Origin: Amoebophrya sp. A120
Lineage: Eukaryota > Protista > Dinoflagellata
Assembly: GCA_905178155.1 (NCBI GenBank)
Contig: CAJINV010000005.1
Location: 5,458,690-5,522,689, forward strand
Length of the DNA: 64,000 bases
Direction: 5' to 3'
Shown here piece by piece: positions 1 to 12,335 of the stretch. Each line of letters starts with the position of its first letter. Position 1 is the first letter of the stretch. The translations under genes and the position numbers were made by a program. Under the pieces are notes generated by a model, which saw only the letters and a program-made list of their open reading frames with translations, was not told where the DNA came from and did not search any database.

Positions 1-3000
1 TCCTCTTCGTTCGTCGAAACCACAAGACGGGAGAGTACGGAAAAAAACCACCAGGAGCACCAGACAACCTCAACCGCGCACGACACGAACGACGATTTCG
101 GCTGTGAGCACGGTGCCTGCGGTGATGAGGACTCTAGATACGCCAAGAGAAAACTGTTTGTTCACTGTAAAGTTTACAGTGAAAGAACCTGTAGTAATGC
201 AGAAAATGCATCGCTGAAGTGTTTGTCTTGCTGTGGACCCCCAGGATCAGGTAGACGAGGTCCCAGACCGAAGTGGTAGGCGCTTAGGGTGAACTATGTA
301 TGTAGGGCCCTTCCGTGCGGCCAATTTGTATGTCCCGCAACGGGGTTCGCCTATGTCGGTCATTTGTATGTGAGGCGATGGGTTACCCGGTCGGCAGAGC
401 CGATCCACAACGAACGAACGATACACATGCAAGACGAGTGATTTTTCGCGGCGTTTCCCCTTAAGATCCTCGCATGGCGAGTTTTCTTTGTAAAAATGTG
501 TAGCGAGCTTGTAATGCAAAACTTGCAATAAAATTCTATACAGTGAAACAGTTTTTTCTTACGATACTAGAGGCCCAGAGGCCACAGTCGACCTGCACTC
601 CGCCACGAAGCCCAGGATGCAGCCTGGAGGTCGGAAGAAAACTGCGGGGGGTCCTCCTATGGGAGTGTCAGGATCGAAATCGACAAAATCGAAAAACTTG
701 TAATGCATAAAATGCAGGGCACGCAAGGCCTGTGTTGGGGAGAAGGCAAATGAGACCGATAATTGCAAGCCTGTTTAGGGGAAGAAGACGCGTTGCCAGA
801 GAAGCATGACAGGAGCAGTGTTCTTTGCCCAAACAGCATGACAGACTGGATTTTGCAGCTCCCGAAATTTGTCATGCGCCACTTGGAAACTGAGGGCCCA
901 ACTGGTATCGATTTTATGCATCACAAATTTTTCGATGTTGTTGATTTCGATCCTGACACATCCATACCTCCCCGTGCAGATGAGGAGAATGGCGATGGAT
1001 GGTCGTGTACCATTTGTAAAAACGTCTCCACCTCTTCCCCAGAGTCAAGTAGACGGGAAATCTGCTAGACAAATCAGCATGCTTTGGCTGTTGCGCATGA
1101 CAAGTTCTTTGGGCGCGTAGTCGTGTGCTAGACGTCGCTTACGTTATTTCGCGCTAGTGCAGAAGCATCGCACATGCAGCATCTTACGCTGATTTGAGCA
1201 TCACAAATTCAGATTCCAAAAGAACGCGTACGAGTAGAATACTAAAACACTTCTACCACTACTCATGGGGCTTCGCATACGAAACATTTTGAGCATGCAG
1301 CTTTGCATGACAAGAACTCTGGGCACGACCACCTGGGGACATTTTTACACAGGATATCGTGTGACGACGACGACGACGACGATGGTGGAGAATCCGGACT
1401 GTGTATCCTGAGTAAAAGTGTCCCCATACCAGAGTCAAGATGGGAAATCTGCTAGACAATTCTCCAAGCTTTGGGAGTTTTGCATGACAAGTTTCCATCT
1501 GTAGTGTACTGCTGTTTAACAAGAGAAGCAGCATGAGAAAGCGAGCTTCTCATCCTGTTTACAGCATTACAAAGTCCAAAAAACGATTGGAAAGGCCTCT
1601 CATGGAGATGCGCATCACAAATCTTCCTCTCATTGCACATTTGCATGACAACTATGGGGTGGGGACGCTTTTACATACGATACTGTGCCCAGGCGGGTCC
1701 TCGTCCTCAACTCGCCCCGTCGAAGCGATGATGGCTCCGCCCGGTGGTCGTGAACAAGTTCTATCAAATGTAAAAATGTCTGGGTCTGGAACGATGCAAC
1801 TTGTGATGCGCATTTCACACCACACAAAAATCTGTCATGCATGCAAGCCAAAAGGTGCACATTTCCGGTCACCGAAAGAAGTGCTTTGTCATGCGGATGA
1901 CGCATTAGGAGACCTTCTCAAACAAAACCTGTCACGCTAGGGCGTGCATGGTAGACCTTCTGGGTCATGCCAAAGCTGCATCACATACCTCTGCATTTTT
2001 CCAGACCCAGACATTTTTACATTTGATAAGTTCAAGGAGGTGACGATCATGCTGGTGTTCTTACTCACCAGCGCGCGGCGCAGATGTCTTCCAACACGGG
2101 TCGTGGTCCTGCTGCGCGGGTGGTCACTGCGAATGCAAATGCGGGAGTAGGGGTGCAACAACTTGATTTCGACATTCCCGACCGAAATGGAGAGATCGTC
2201 GGCCACGCGACCATGGTCCCCGCTACCGGCGTCGTATCCGTGACGGCCACCCAGGGAAATACGGTGAGACAGTCTCCTATGGAACTGTCAAGATTGAAAT
2301 TGACAAAGTTGAAAAATTTGTGATGCATAAAACCGATCATACCAGTTGAGAGCCCCATTTCCAAGCGGTGCGTGACAAGTTTCTACGTCAGCGAAATCCA
2401 GTTTGTCTTGCTGTTTAGCGAAAGAAGGCATCCTTTGTCATGCTACTTTAGCAGCTCTATCTCAAACGACCCATTGCAGGCTCACAATCGGCCTCACTTG
2501 CAATCCCTGCAACGCAGTCACTTCGTGCCTTGCATTTTATGCATCTTCACAGATTATTTCAACTTTGTTAATTTCAATCCTGACACAACCATATCTCCGG
2601 GAGGACGGGCCGCAAACGGGCAGCAACTGCCCCCCGAAGTCTGGATCGAAACCAAGGATGGCGAATGGGTGTTTGTCAAAGCGCCGTACGTCTCTTACGA
2701 CCCGGTGACCGGGGAAGTACGAGTGCCCGACCCTACTGGTACAGCTGCAGCGACTGTGCCAACCTCTGCTCAGCAGCAGCTGTCCCGGGGAAGAAGAGGA
2801 CGACGAAATCTCGGGGGGAGACAAGATGAGCAAGAAGATCTATCCTGTGCAAAAGTATCGTACTAGTCGAAATTGCATTACAAATTTCCTCAGCATGAGA
2901 GATAAAATTTGTAATGCGGACTTACATTAAGGAAAAGAAAAAGATTTGTAATGCATGACTGCAATGCCTAGGACTACGAGTGCGATACTTTTGCACAGGA

Positions 3001-6000
3001 TGAGATCCCTTGGAAAACGATCCGCTGATGCAGCCCGATCCTGATTTGGATCTGCATGTTATCCTGAGTAAAAACGTACCCACACCAGAGTTGTAATGCA
3101 AATCTGCATGCTGAAAATGTTTCTCATGCGGAGCTCCATGAGAAGCATTTTCTAGTCGTGTTTTGCAATTTGTCATGCTCCAATCAGCATGGTATGCTAG
3201 ATCTGTGATGCTGCTGAGCTAGCTCAAACAGCACTACACTACGAATCCAAATTTGTCATACAAAACGGCCAAAGCTTGTGGATTTGTCTAGCCGATTCCC
3301 CATCTTGACTCTGGTGTGGGTACGTTTTTACTCAGGATACATGTTGGCGAGACGGGGAACTACAACAACTACCCCAATTATGGGCCGCCTCGTCCTCCCG
3401 CACCGCCCGCTTGGCAGCAGCAGCAGCAGCAGCAGCAGCGATACGGTTCTGTCGCTTATTCCAACCAGCACCTCGTGCTGGGCCAACCTGGCTTTCCCGC
3501 TGTTCTTGGTCCTGCTGTTGCAGGAGGAGCTCCGTGGGCGCCTGCTCCAGCTGCGCCGCAAGACCGAAACCGAGGGGGGTGGAACAACGACAAGAGCTGG
3601 TGGAAAGAGAACCACGGCAACCACGAGTGGAACGACGGCAACTGGGGGCGGAAAAACCACGGCGACGGGTGGAAGTACGACTACCGGGGGCGGAACAGCA
3701 AGTGGCGGCAGCCGCAGCAGCCACAGCAGCCGCCGCCGCAGCAGCAGCAGCAGCAGCTGTTGCGGCAGCAGCAGCAGGAGTTCCGGCGGGAGCAGCAGTT
3801 GTTGCAGCAGCAGCAGCAGCAGCAGCAGTTGTTGCGGCAGCCGCAGGAGTTGTGGCAGCAGCAGCAGCAGCAGCAGATGGAGCAGCAGCAGCAGGAGTTG
3901 TGGCAGCAGTTGCAGCAGTTGCAGGAGATGGTGCAGCATCAGCAGAAGGAGTTGTTGCAGCTGCGGCAGCAGCAGCCGCAGTGGCAGCAGCAGCAGCGGC
4001 AGCAGATGGAGCAGCAGTTGCAGCAGTTGCAGGAGATGTTGCAGCGGCAGCAGCAGGAGTTGTGGCAGCAGTGGCAGCAGCAGCCGCAGCAGCAGCCGCA
4101 GTGGCAGCAGCAGCAGCAGCAGATAGAGAAGCAGCAGCAGCAGTTGCAGCAGTTGCAGCAGTTGTTGCAGCGGCAGCAGCAGGAGTTGCGGCAGCAGTGG
4201 CAGCAGCGGGGTCCTCCTGCTCCTCAACAACGACCGCCAGATGACCTTCGTCCAGATGGCCATCCTCCTGCTCCTCGAACGCCGCCGGCCCCCGGCGTCC
4301 ACACGACCTACGAGTTGTCTTTCCCCCGTGAACTTCGCCCGGTCCACCCGGAAGAGGTTTTGGGTGAGGACTCTTTCCCCCCGCCGATATCCAGTGCAAA
4401 AGCATCTTCGCACTCCTGCTCGTCGTACTTCTAATCGCAGTTATGCATGACAGATCTATGACCACCTGAGGGAACAAGTAGTGGTCAGCATATAATAAAT
4501 TAACAAGCTCGACGTCCTGCGTTTCTTCCCTACGGAAAAATTTGTACTATTTTTGCGATTTCTACTATATACGATTACGATTATACTTTTGCAATGGATA
4601 GCCGATGTTGCCCGACAATGCAGACGACGCGGAGTTTATCCAGGAAAAAAACTGTGTAAGTGTAAGCTTCTTGGTGGAAGAGCATCGCAATTTTGCTCTG
4701 CACGACACAGAAAACCTCCTCCTGTCATGCGTAGCTAGTACGTGAAAACACGCACGAAAATTCAAATTGCCTCTGATGCATGTCCAGCATGACAAGTGTA
4801 ACAGTTTTGCATTTTCTGCAACGCAGAGTTACACTTACACAGTTTTTTTCTTCCATAGAGTTCGTCGGGGTGGTGTCCGTCGTGACGCAGGTGCTGGTTC
4901 TGACCCACGAGCTGCTGGAAAGCTACGAGGGGATTCGAAATTGGGATCCGCCACATCCTGGTATGTTGTCTCGAATTCAACAATTCATCGACGACAGTAC
5001 CTCCTCCACCTCCTGTCCGTATTTCAGCCAAGAGAATGCCCGGAAAGTGCGCAGCGGGCCCGCACAACCCAAACCGGAAGCCAAACCGGCCGCAAAACCG
5101 GGTGCAAAAGCCAGGAACCTGAGCAGCCTGTTGCTGTCTGGCCAGTTGATCTCGTCCCAGCTGTTTTTCATGAACGACTTGGACCAGGTCCGGGAGTGGC
5201 TGGTGGACTTCGACAAGTACATTCAGGAGGAAGTTTATCCTGAGAAAAAACTGTCTCAGTCTCAACTTGTAATGCGCAACTTCCTTGGGACAGTTTTTTG
5301 TCAACATGCTCGACATGCAAGAAAGAGAAAGTCGTCTTTGATCATATGTGTTTTCCGTTTTTGTGTTTGACGCATCACAGGTTTTCCGTGTCATGCTGAG
5401 CAAATTTGGGTTGCCGAGCCAGACAGTTTTTCTTGCGATAATGTTTTTATCGAGAAGATTGTTCTTGACGGACGAGAACAGCCAGCGAATGACCCTGGTG
5501 CCTTCTGGTCGCACAACGCGCTTCACAAGAGGATTTGCGAATATGCAGCTCACGATCCCCCTCATGGTGATGACTATTTCGAGGGGGGGGATATCACGTT
5601 GGGCCGCCCAGTTGTTGATGGAACGCCGCGAGCGCCGTGGTCGTGCTTTATCAAGCCTGAGGCCACGGCAGGGCCGAGCCGTGCGCCCGACGAGAAGCAA
5701 AAACGTGTAAAGCTGGAAAGGCACGCTGCGCTCTGCGGCGCGCAAAAACATTTGATCGAGCCGCTGCAGAAATTTCTCGGGTTGGGGCAAGCAGGTGTCA
5801 ATGGGGTGCCGTCGAGAGCACATGTGCCGTCGAGAGAAGAGCGAAGAGGAGACGACTTTGGGACGCAGTTCCACTTGCCCGAATGGGTTCTTCAACTACT
5901 GCAAGAAGGGAAGCAGAAGCTCGACGGAGCGAAACTGTGCAAAAGAGCTTACGTCAAGGACCCCCAGCATCCGACCAGCGACACCGCTGAGCCCATGTGC

Positions 6001-9000
6001 TCCGACGTTCTTCATACGCGGTCGTGCGAGATTTTGCGCGTAGACTTCTGTGAAAGAGTTGAGGATTCGGGTGGTGGCGGTGTTAGCGGACAATTGGGGG
6101 TGAATCCGAGGAAGTTTTCCGAACTGGGCTCGTCGCACCCAAACAACGGGAAACCTTGCTGCGAAAGGAGCGCAGCCGGCATCAACGTGTTCGAGCAGGG
6201 TTACTTCGAACAGATATCAAATGCAAATACGTCTGGGTCTGGAAGAATGCGACTTGTGATGCTGCATTTGGATTCCAAAAAAATCTGTATTGCATGAGCA
6301 GCAAAGGGAATGCGATCTCTGCTCCGTGGAGTGGGCATTTGTCATGCTGAGTAGGCATCTGCAAGATGCCCTAAAAAAATCTGTGATGCTACGGCATGCA
6401 TTACAGACATCATGGCCCATGCAAAATGTGCATGACAAGCTCCGACTCTTCCAGAGCCAGACTTTTTTGCGTTTGATAACAGAATCAAAAACCCTTACGC
6501 AAAATGCTTGGCGCGTCGAATGAGCACACGACGCGACTTCTCTCCGACTCGAACAAAGATTTTGGCGCAACGCACGAGTTATGGATTGCAAACGTGTCTT
6601 CATCTGCGTGGATCTCTGGAAACAACAAGGAAAACTACCTGTGAAGTAGTAGATCCTCTGTAAATAACCGGTTGGGGATGATTTTTGCAATGCTCGAAGG
6701 AGCCAACATGGCTGCTTTCTCGCATGACAAATTGAAAGGAACAAGCTAGAGCCCACCTATTGCTATTACAAGTTTGGCTTTATTTCTACTTCCAGATCCA
6801 GACATATTTGCAGTGCATACGAGTTGGCGCGGGAGTTGGTTCTCACGGAATTGCAGCTCGTCGAAACGTATGCATTGCAAAAGTATCGCACTCGTAGTAA
6901 TTGCAGTAGTTATGCTGCATTACAAATCTACATCCCAAGGTAAAACAGCATGACAAATTCCATTTGTCATGCTGAGGTAATTTGTAATGCAATCAAGTAC
7001 TGCTAGTACGACGTGCACGATGCTTTTGCAGTTCATAAAACTTATGCGTTGCAAAAGTTGTATCGCACAACTAAGACTAACATTTTAGCAGCACCAGAGA
7101 AGATCTGCGCATCACAAATTTGGTCAGCATGAACAATAGAATTTTCGTATGCTGGTTCTTAGCATACGAAGATTATAGGTCTGGTTTTTAGCGTACGAGA
7201 AAGAAAATCATACATGATTTTTACCATTACAGTTTGTTAGGAGTATGATACTTTTTTTGTACAGGATAAAGATCTGAACGCGGTGAGCGAGTTGGGACTT
7301 CGTGACGAAGCCGACCTCTTACGAGAATTCGGCCGAGAATTCGGCCTTCCGTATGGGAGTGTCAGGATTGAAATCGACAAATTTGAAACAATTTGCAATG
7401 CATAAAACGGATACCAGTTGGCCCCTAGTTTTCAAGTGGCGCATGACAAATTTGAGTAGAACCGAAATCCAGTCTGTCATGCTGTCTGGGTAAGGAAGGC
7501 GCCTTTTGTGATGCTACTTTAACAGCTCTATTTCTACAACCCCTCAACAGGCTTACAATCTGCCTGCCTTGCCTACTCTACAAGACAGGCATTTTGTGGG
7601 TTGCGTTTTATGCGTCGCCAACTATTTCAACTTTGACGAGTTCAATTATCCTGACGCTTCCATATTCCGGAACCAAGCCCGCGGCACACATACCAAAAGG
7701 TCCAGCAGATTTTGGCTCCGGAGCGGCAGCGGCTGCAGCACCTGCGGTGGCTGGTAGATTTGAATGACGTCGAGTTGTTGCGGAGGCAGAGCCCTATTCA
7801 ACCTCAACGGGGAGGTCCTCCGGTGCCTAATGCGGCAAGTAGATCACCTCCAACGCGAACGCCGCTCGACCAACTGAAGACTGCGATCATCGAGTTCCAG
7901 TTCAAACCAATCGTCGAGTTGCACACCTTATGAATCGCAAAAAGCAGATCGTCATCGTAAGTACTACTAATAGTATATTCATCATAGTGCGAAAATCATA
8001 TGCGCCGGCGCTGCAAATCTTTTTCCTAAGGTAAATCCGCACGGTTGCAGCAAAGTCCATTTCTCATGCTGATGAAGTTTGTAAGTAAATGCAATAGCAA
8101 TTGATGTTACTAGTAGTAGTACTAGTAGATACGATTACGATACTTTTGCAATGCATACACGTTTGCTCGCATCTACCTGGATCATGAACAACAGCCGGAC
8201 GCCGCCCAGCCGCCGGGTTCAACACCTTCGTCCCCTGGTGCTAGTGCAGCAACAGCAACAGCTGCATGGCAAATGTCTGAGGACATGAAAGTACAGGCGG
8301 AAAAAATAACCGAGGCCGTGAAAGGGGATCGCGCGTTTTGCCCCTTGTTGCCAGGGCGAAGGGAAGCTGACTACATGCCGAACCTGGTCCACTTCGAGAA
8401 GTGGAAGGTTTTCTACGCCGATTCTGTGCCTCGGGGTGTTTTGTCGCAGGTTCTTGAACGCATTCCCGAAGAGCAGAGGGAGACGCTTCGTAACCAGGTT
8501 AACGAGGCACGCAACAATCCCGATGAAAACCGTGATTTGATGTTCGGTCAACTTGACGCGTATGAGGGCCGCAGAAAAGCGCTGCGTGACGCGGAAACAA
8601 GTATCGTGACTGGTCCGCTTGAGTTTTTGCGAACCGCGATGTGCGAGTATTCCTATGGAGCGAAACGCGCCTTGCACCAGTACGACGCCAAACTTGTTGC
8701 TTTTGCGAACAAGCGTCATGGTCGGCATCCTGATTTGCCGCGGATCCAAAGCAGAACGGACCATTTTCTGGAGGCGAGTGGTACCCCCGTTTCCCGAGCT
8801 GGGGCTGCACCAGCAGGTGCAGCACCGCAAGCGGCTCCTGCAGGGGGATCTCGTGGAGGAGGAGGAGGAGGAAGTCGATCCCCCCAACAAGCACAATCGA
8901 GACCACAAGCGGCGCGTCGTTCCTCTTCTGCGCTGGAGCTCCCGCAGCAGAGCAATTCCCAAAACAGCATCTCGTCCGTATGGGAAGCTTCTCAAATGTT

Positions 9001-12000
9001 ACATTCTCAACTGTCACATGAGTTTGTGATGCAAAAATGACAAAAGTGAAAGGGGTGACCTTGCACGTCTCGCATGACCACAGATTTGCGTCAGAGATTC
9101 TCAGACTGTTTGGCTGTTCTAGAATTTGTCATGCGAAGCAGCTTGAAGATCGCGTCGATTCTGCTTGTAGTTTTGCATGACAAAAAATCATACAGCAGTT
9201 CAAGATGAAACATTTGAGAACCCCATAGTCCGCAGACGAGGACCACGGGTCTCCTACTACCTTCACTTCCATGCTGGAAACCATGACGAACAAAGAACTC
9301 TCGGACCTACTACAATGAAAAATGCCCCCACGACGACGACCCCGAAATTTGAAAAAGTGTCTCACGCATGAGATTTTCAAATGAACAAGAACTTTTTGTC
9401 TATGCATGAAAGGACTCCCGCGAGTCTTTCTGGTGCAGAACCGAGATGCCTGCGTAAGGTACCTTCTGGACCATAACAGACCCGGCTCCTGTTGTTGGGC
9501 TCCTTTGCAGCACAGATTTGCGCTATTCATCAACAGGGAGATGACTTTGTGACGCTGATACAAGCAAGGCGGGGAATTTTTCCATTGGAAAGGTTTGCAC
9601 ACACAAACGCTGCCAAGTTCTCGGGTGGGGGCATTTTTCATCGTAATACGCCGCTGATGTTGAGGCCGCCCGGGTGGTCTTTGATGAAGCTGAAGCTGGT
9701 GAAGTTGAGGCCGCCCACGTGGCCTCTGGTGAAGCTGAAGGTGCTGGTGAAGTTGAGGCCCGCGTGGCCTCTGGTGAAGCTGAAGGTGCTGAAGATATCC
9801 TGAGCAAAAACGTCGTCCCCACCTCAGACTCAAGATGAGAAATCTGCTGGAAGATGAGAATAAATTTTTGACCAGTTCGTGGTCAACAGGGTCGTGAAGA
9901 CGTTGTGTCGAAGATGACAGGTTCTTTGGCCTCGTAGTCGTCTAAATGCTAATGCTGTTTAGATAGTTCAGAAGCGTCTTCACAGATCTAGATCTACTAC
10001 GTAAAGCATATTGAAAAGTAATCCTTTTATGCTGATAATTCGAGCAAGACAAATGCAAATCCCCAAAGTACTAGAGCTGCATCAGACATAAATGCTCCTC
10101 ATAAAGCTCGTCCGCATGAGAAATCAATTTTCTGCATGACGAGAACTCTGGGCTCGACGTTTTTACTGAGGATAGTTCTTATCGGCGACGAGGGCGACGA
10201 CGACGAAGATATCAAAAAGAAAAAGCCCCCCTCCCCATATCGGAAACGAAATTTGTGATGCTGTATATGAGTACACAAGAAATCGACTTGTATTGCTAGA
10301 AGGCCAAGAGACGCAGTTGTGGCCTGAATTGCAGGCAATTTTTCATGCTGTTTCCCACTTCCAGTTGCCTCGTGTCATGCTGGAGATGCAATACTTCCCT
10401 ACGCTAGGTAGCACTACAGTCCGCATCTACTTTTGCCTTCTAGCATCACAAAGCTGATTTGCGACCACAAATCTGCATCACAAATGTCCATTTTGATATA
10501 ATGGGGGGGATTTTTGTTCTTGATAGACGACGAGAGAAGTTCTTTGGCCGTCACCATCGGAGAGGAGGGAAGCACCAGCACGGTCTATCAAATACAAATA
10601 TCGAAGATCTGGGCCTAGATGAAGATTTTTGCAGGGAGGTTTGTTGATGTCATGCGCAGACCGTCGCTTTCCATGCCGCCCATGACTGAAGTCTGAAATG
10701 CTGCAGGGCTTTGTTCTAGCGTGACAGATTAAGTACAACGTGAGTAGTTCTTTCTCTCATGCCTGTTCTGCTTCTGCATGACGTGCATGACCACGAGAAA
10801 AACCCTGCTTTATCACCTTGAGACCAAAATTTGGCAAGAACTCTTGGAGGCAACCATGCAACGTTAGATTTTTGTGTGACCACCACCGACCCCCATGATT
10901 AAGCACATCAATCAATCAAACCAGGAGCATTATGCATCATTTTAATATTTTAGACCCAGACACAATTCTTGCAATGCATACGGGCCTGCTGGAAACCGAA
11001 GATCCCGCGACGAACAAAATTGCTCCGGCTGAAGATGCAGCGGTAGTATCCTGTGCAAAAGTAATATGATCGTACTCGTAGTAATTGCAGTCATGCATTA
11101 CAAATCTCGTTCCCAAGGCAAATAAGCATGACAAATTCCAGTTGTCGCGCTGAGCAAATTTGTAATGCAATTATTATGACTAGTACGGTAGTACTTTTGC
11201 AATTCACATGCCGCGGCTGCAGCGCCCACGACAACTACGCGGAAGAGAAACCTTATGGAACTGTCAGGACTGAAATTGACAAAGTTGAAATAATTTGTAA
11301 TGCAGAAAATGCATGACGCGAGGTACGTGTGTTGCAGAGCAGGCAAGTGAGGCCGATTGTAAGCCTGTTTGGGGTTAGGGCTCGAGATGCTAAGGTAGCG
11401 TGAGAGAATCAGTCTTCTTTGCCTAAACAGCACGACAAACTGGATTTTAGGACCGCCAAAATTTGTCATGCGCTACTTGGAAACTGGGTTCCAACTGGCA
11501 TCCATTTTATGCATGACAAATTATTTCAACTTTGTCAATTTCAAACCTGACGCTTCCATAAACCTGAAATTCCTCGAGCGCGTGGCGCCGCAAGAAAAGA
11601 AGACGGCGGAGAAGGATATCCCAAGGAAAAACGTCCTCAACTACTTCAAGTTTATTGGGTTGTCGAGCATGACAAGTTCTAGTACGTGCTATTGACTTTC
11701 GGCTCGTAGTGGTCTAATAATCCTCTTGCTTCAGCTAGTAGTCGTGCAATCGCAGTAAAAAGTGACTACCTTAACCTTACTCTGATTGTTCTAGCATGAC
11801 AAAGAACTACTCCACCTCCCAGACTGGATTTTTAGAAATAAATGGCTTTCATGCAGCTGGGACTGCGCATCAGAAACGTTTTAATTATGCTTGCGGGTTT
11901 ACAACGTGACGAGAACCCTGGGGAGGTGGGGACATTTTTACTCAGGATTCCAGCGGAAGCGGAAGGACAAGAAAACGAGGGGAGCCAGAGCCAGGAGCAG

Positions 12001-12335
12001 CCCGCCAAGTATGGATTGCAAAAATGTCTGGGTCTGGAAGATTGCTAGGTTTGTCATGCACGTTTTGCGTGACGCGTGAGTGTCTGTGATGCATGACCTA
12101 GCATCACAGACAACTTTTAGAGGCTCTCCTAAATCAGGATGAGAAATGCTCTCTCCGTCTAACACAAAGAAATGGACTCGCTCTTCTTGTTGGTCATGCA
12201 ATACAGATTCTTTTGGAATTCAAAGACAGCATTACAAGTTGCAACCTTGTTCCCGACCCAGACACTTTTGCAATGCATACCAAGCCGGCGAAAACAACGG
12301 AGCGAAAGTTCCTGGCCCCCCGAGGTGAGGAATAG
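1..12335 (+). CDS. Large multi-exon hypothetical protein (5'-truncated; poly-Q, Pro/Gly-rich), interrupted by 26 introner-type elements
   Basis: Exon ORFs 3340-4387, 4858-5235, 5441-6214 and 8158-8978. The frame joins when element + one DR is removed (e.g. ...PPMLPDNADDAEFVGVVSV...). Last exon reads AKPAKTTERKFLAPRGEE-TAG (12333-12335). Not every junction was checked. Confidence 0.7.
139..566. mobile_element. Introner family A (enlarged copy)
   Basis: TIR CAAGAGAAAACTGTTT..CACTGTA / TACAGTGAAACAGTTTTTTCTTACGATA; DR degenerate. Confidence 0.75.
658..966. mobile_element. Introner family B
   Basis: TIR TATGGGAGTGTCAGGATCGAAATC / GATTTCGATCCTGACACATCCATA; DR CCTCC. Confidence 0.92.
1008..1356. 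mobile_element. Introner family D
   Basis: TIR ..TGTAAAAACGTC / GACATTTTTACACAGGATA; DR TCGTG. Confidence 0.85.
1404..1682. mobile_element. Introner family D
   Basis: TIR TATCCTGAGTAAAAGTGTCCCCA / TGGGGACGCTTTTACATACGATA; DR CTGTG. Confidence 0.9.
1762..2028. mobile_element. Introner family E
   Basis: Perfect TIR TATCAAATGTAAAAATGTCTGGGTCTGGAA; DR AGTTC. Confidence 0.93.
2278..2593. mobile_element. Introner family B (opposite orientation to 658 copy)
   Basis: TIR TATGGAACTGTCAAGATTGAAATT / AATTTCAATCCTGACACAACCATA; DR TCTCC. Confidence 0.9.
2841..3002. mobile_element. Introner family C
   Basis: TIR TATCCTGTGCAAAAGTATCG / CGATACTTTTGCACAGGATG; DR AGATC. Confidence 0.92.
3060..3339. mobile_element. 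Introner family D
   Basis: Perfect TIR TATCCTGAGTAAAAACGTACCCACACCAGAGT; DR CATGT. Confidence 0.93.
3708..4207 (+). repeat. Coding CAG-rich repeat (poly-Gln with ELWQQ/LQQLQEM units)
   Basis: Imperfect (CAG)n array inside exon 3340-4387. Confidence 0.9.
4388..4600. mobile_element. Introner family C
   Basis: TIR TATCCAGTGCAAAAG / CTTTTGCAATGGATA; DR GCCGA. Confidence 0.88.
4637..4857. mobile_element. Introner family F
   Basis: TIR GAAAAAAACTGTGTAAGTGTAA / TTACACTTACACAGTTTTTTTC; DR GAGTT. Confidence 0.9.
5236..5440. mobile_element. Introner, A-like
   Basis: TIR TATCCTGAGAAAAAACTGTCT / AGACAGTTTTTCTTGCGATA; DR AAGTT/ATGTT. Confidence 0.85.
6215..6478. mobile_element. Introner family E
   Basis: TIR TATCAAATGCAAA..GTCTGGGTCTGGAAGA; DR ACAGA. 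Confidence 0.9.
6580..6819. mobile_element. Introner family E (divergent)
   Basis: TIR TATGGATTGCAAAC / CCAGACATATTTGCAGTGCATA; DR CGAGT. Confidence 0.85.
6869..7037. mobile_element. Introner family C
   Basis: TIR TATGCATTGCAAAAGTATCG / CGATGCTTTTGCAGTTCATA; DR AAACG/AAACT. Confidence 0.85.
7043..7268. mobile_element. Introner family C (divergent, abuts previous copy)
   Basis: TIR TATGCGTTGCAAAAG / GATACTTTTTTTGTACAGGATA; DR degenerate. Confidence 0.75.
7352..7664. mobile_element. Introner family B
   Basis: TIR TATGGGAGTGTCAGGAT / ATCCTGACGCTTCCATA; DR TTCCG. Confidence 0.9.
7929..8157. mobile_element. Introner family C (divergent)
   Basis: TIR TATGAATCGCAAAAAG / GATACTTTTGCAATGCATA; DR CACCT/CACGT. 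Confidence 0.8.
8979..9227. mobile_element. Introner family G
   Basis: TIR TATGGG..TTCTCAAATGTT / AACATTTGAGAACCCCATA; DR GTCCG. Confidence 0.9.
9308..9648. mobile_element. Introner, H-like
   Basis: TIR TACTACAATGAAAAATGCCCCCAC / GTGGGGGCATTTTTCATCGTAATA; DR degenerate. Confidence 0.82.
9796..10174. mobile_element. Introner family D (divergent)
   Basis: TIR TATCCTGAGCAAAAACGTCG / CGACGTTTTTACTGAGGATA; DR not conserved. Confidence 0.78.
10210..10525. mobile_element. Introner family H
   Basis: TIR TATCAAAAAGAAAAAGCCCCCC / GGGGGGGATTTTTGTTCTTGATA; DR GAAGA/GACGA. Confidence 0.85.
10586..10980. mobile_element. Introner family E (divergent, long)
   Basis: TATCAAATACAAA..TCTGGGCCTAG / AGACCCAGACAC..TTGCAATGCATA; DR CGGTC/CGGGC. 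Confidence 0.8.
11047..11210. mobile_element. Introner family C
   Basis: TIR TATCCTGTGCAAAAGTA / TACTTTTGCAATTCACATG; right end approximate. Confidence 0.78.
11254..11560. mobile_element. Introner family B
   Basis: TIR TATGGAACTGTCAGG..TGAAATTGACAAAGTTGAAATAA; DR AACCT. Confidence 0.92.
11617..11949. mobile_element. Introner family D (divergent)
   Basis: TATCCCAAGGAAAAACGTCC / GGGACATTTTTACTCAGGATT; DR not conserved. Confidence 0.72.
12010..12279. mobile_element. Introner family E
   Basis: TIR TATGGATTGCAAAAATGTCTGGGTC / GACCCAGACACTTTTGCAATGCATA; DR CCAAG. Confidence 0.9.

Noticed and set aside
3278-4477. Poly-Leu, poly-Ala and poly-Ser ORFs in other frames and on the other strand
   Set aside because: Shadows of the CAG repeat; the poly-Q frame is the one that joins the downstream exons.
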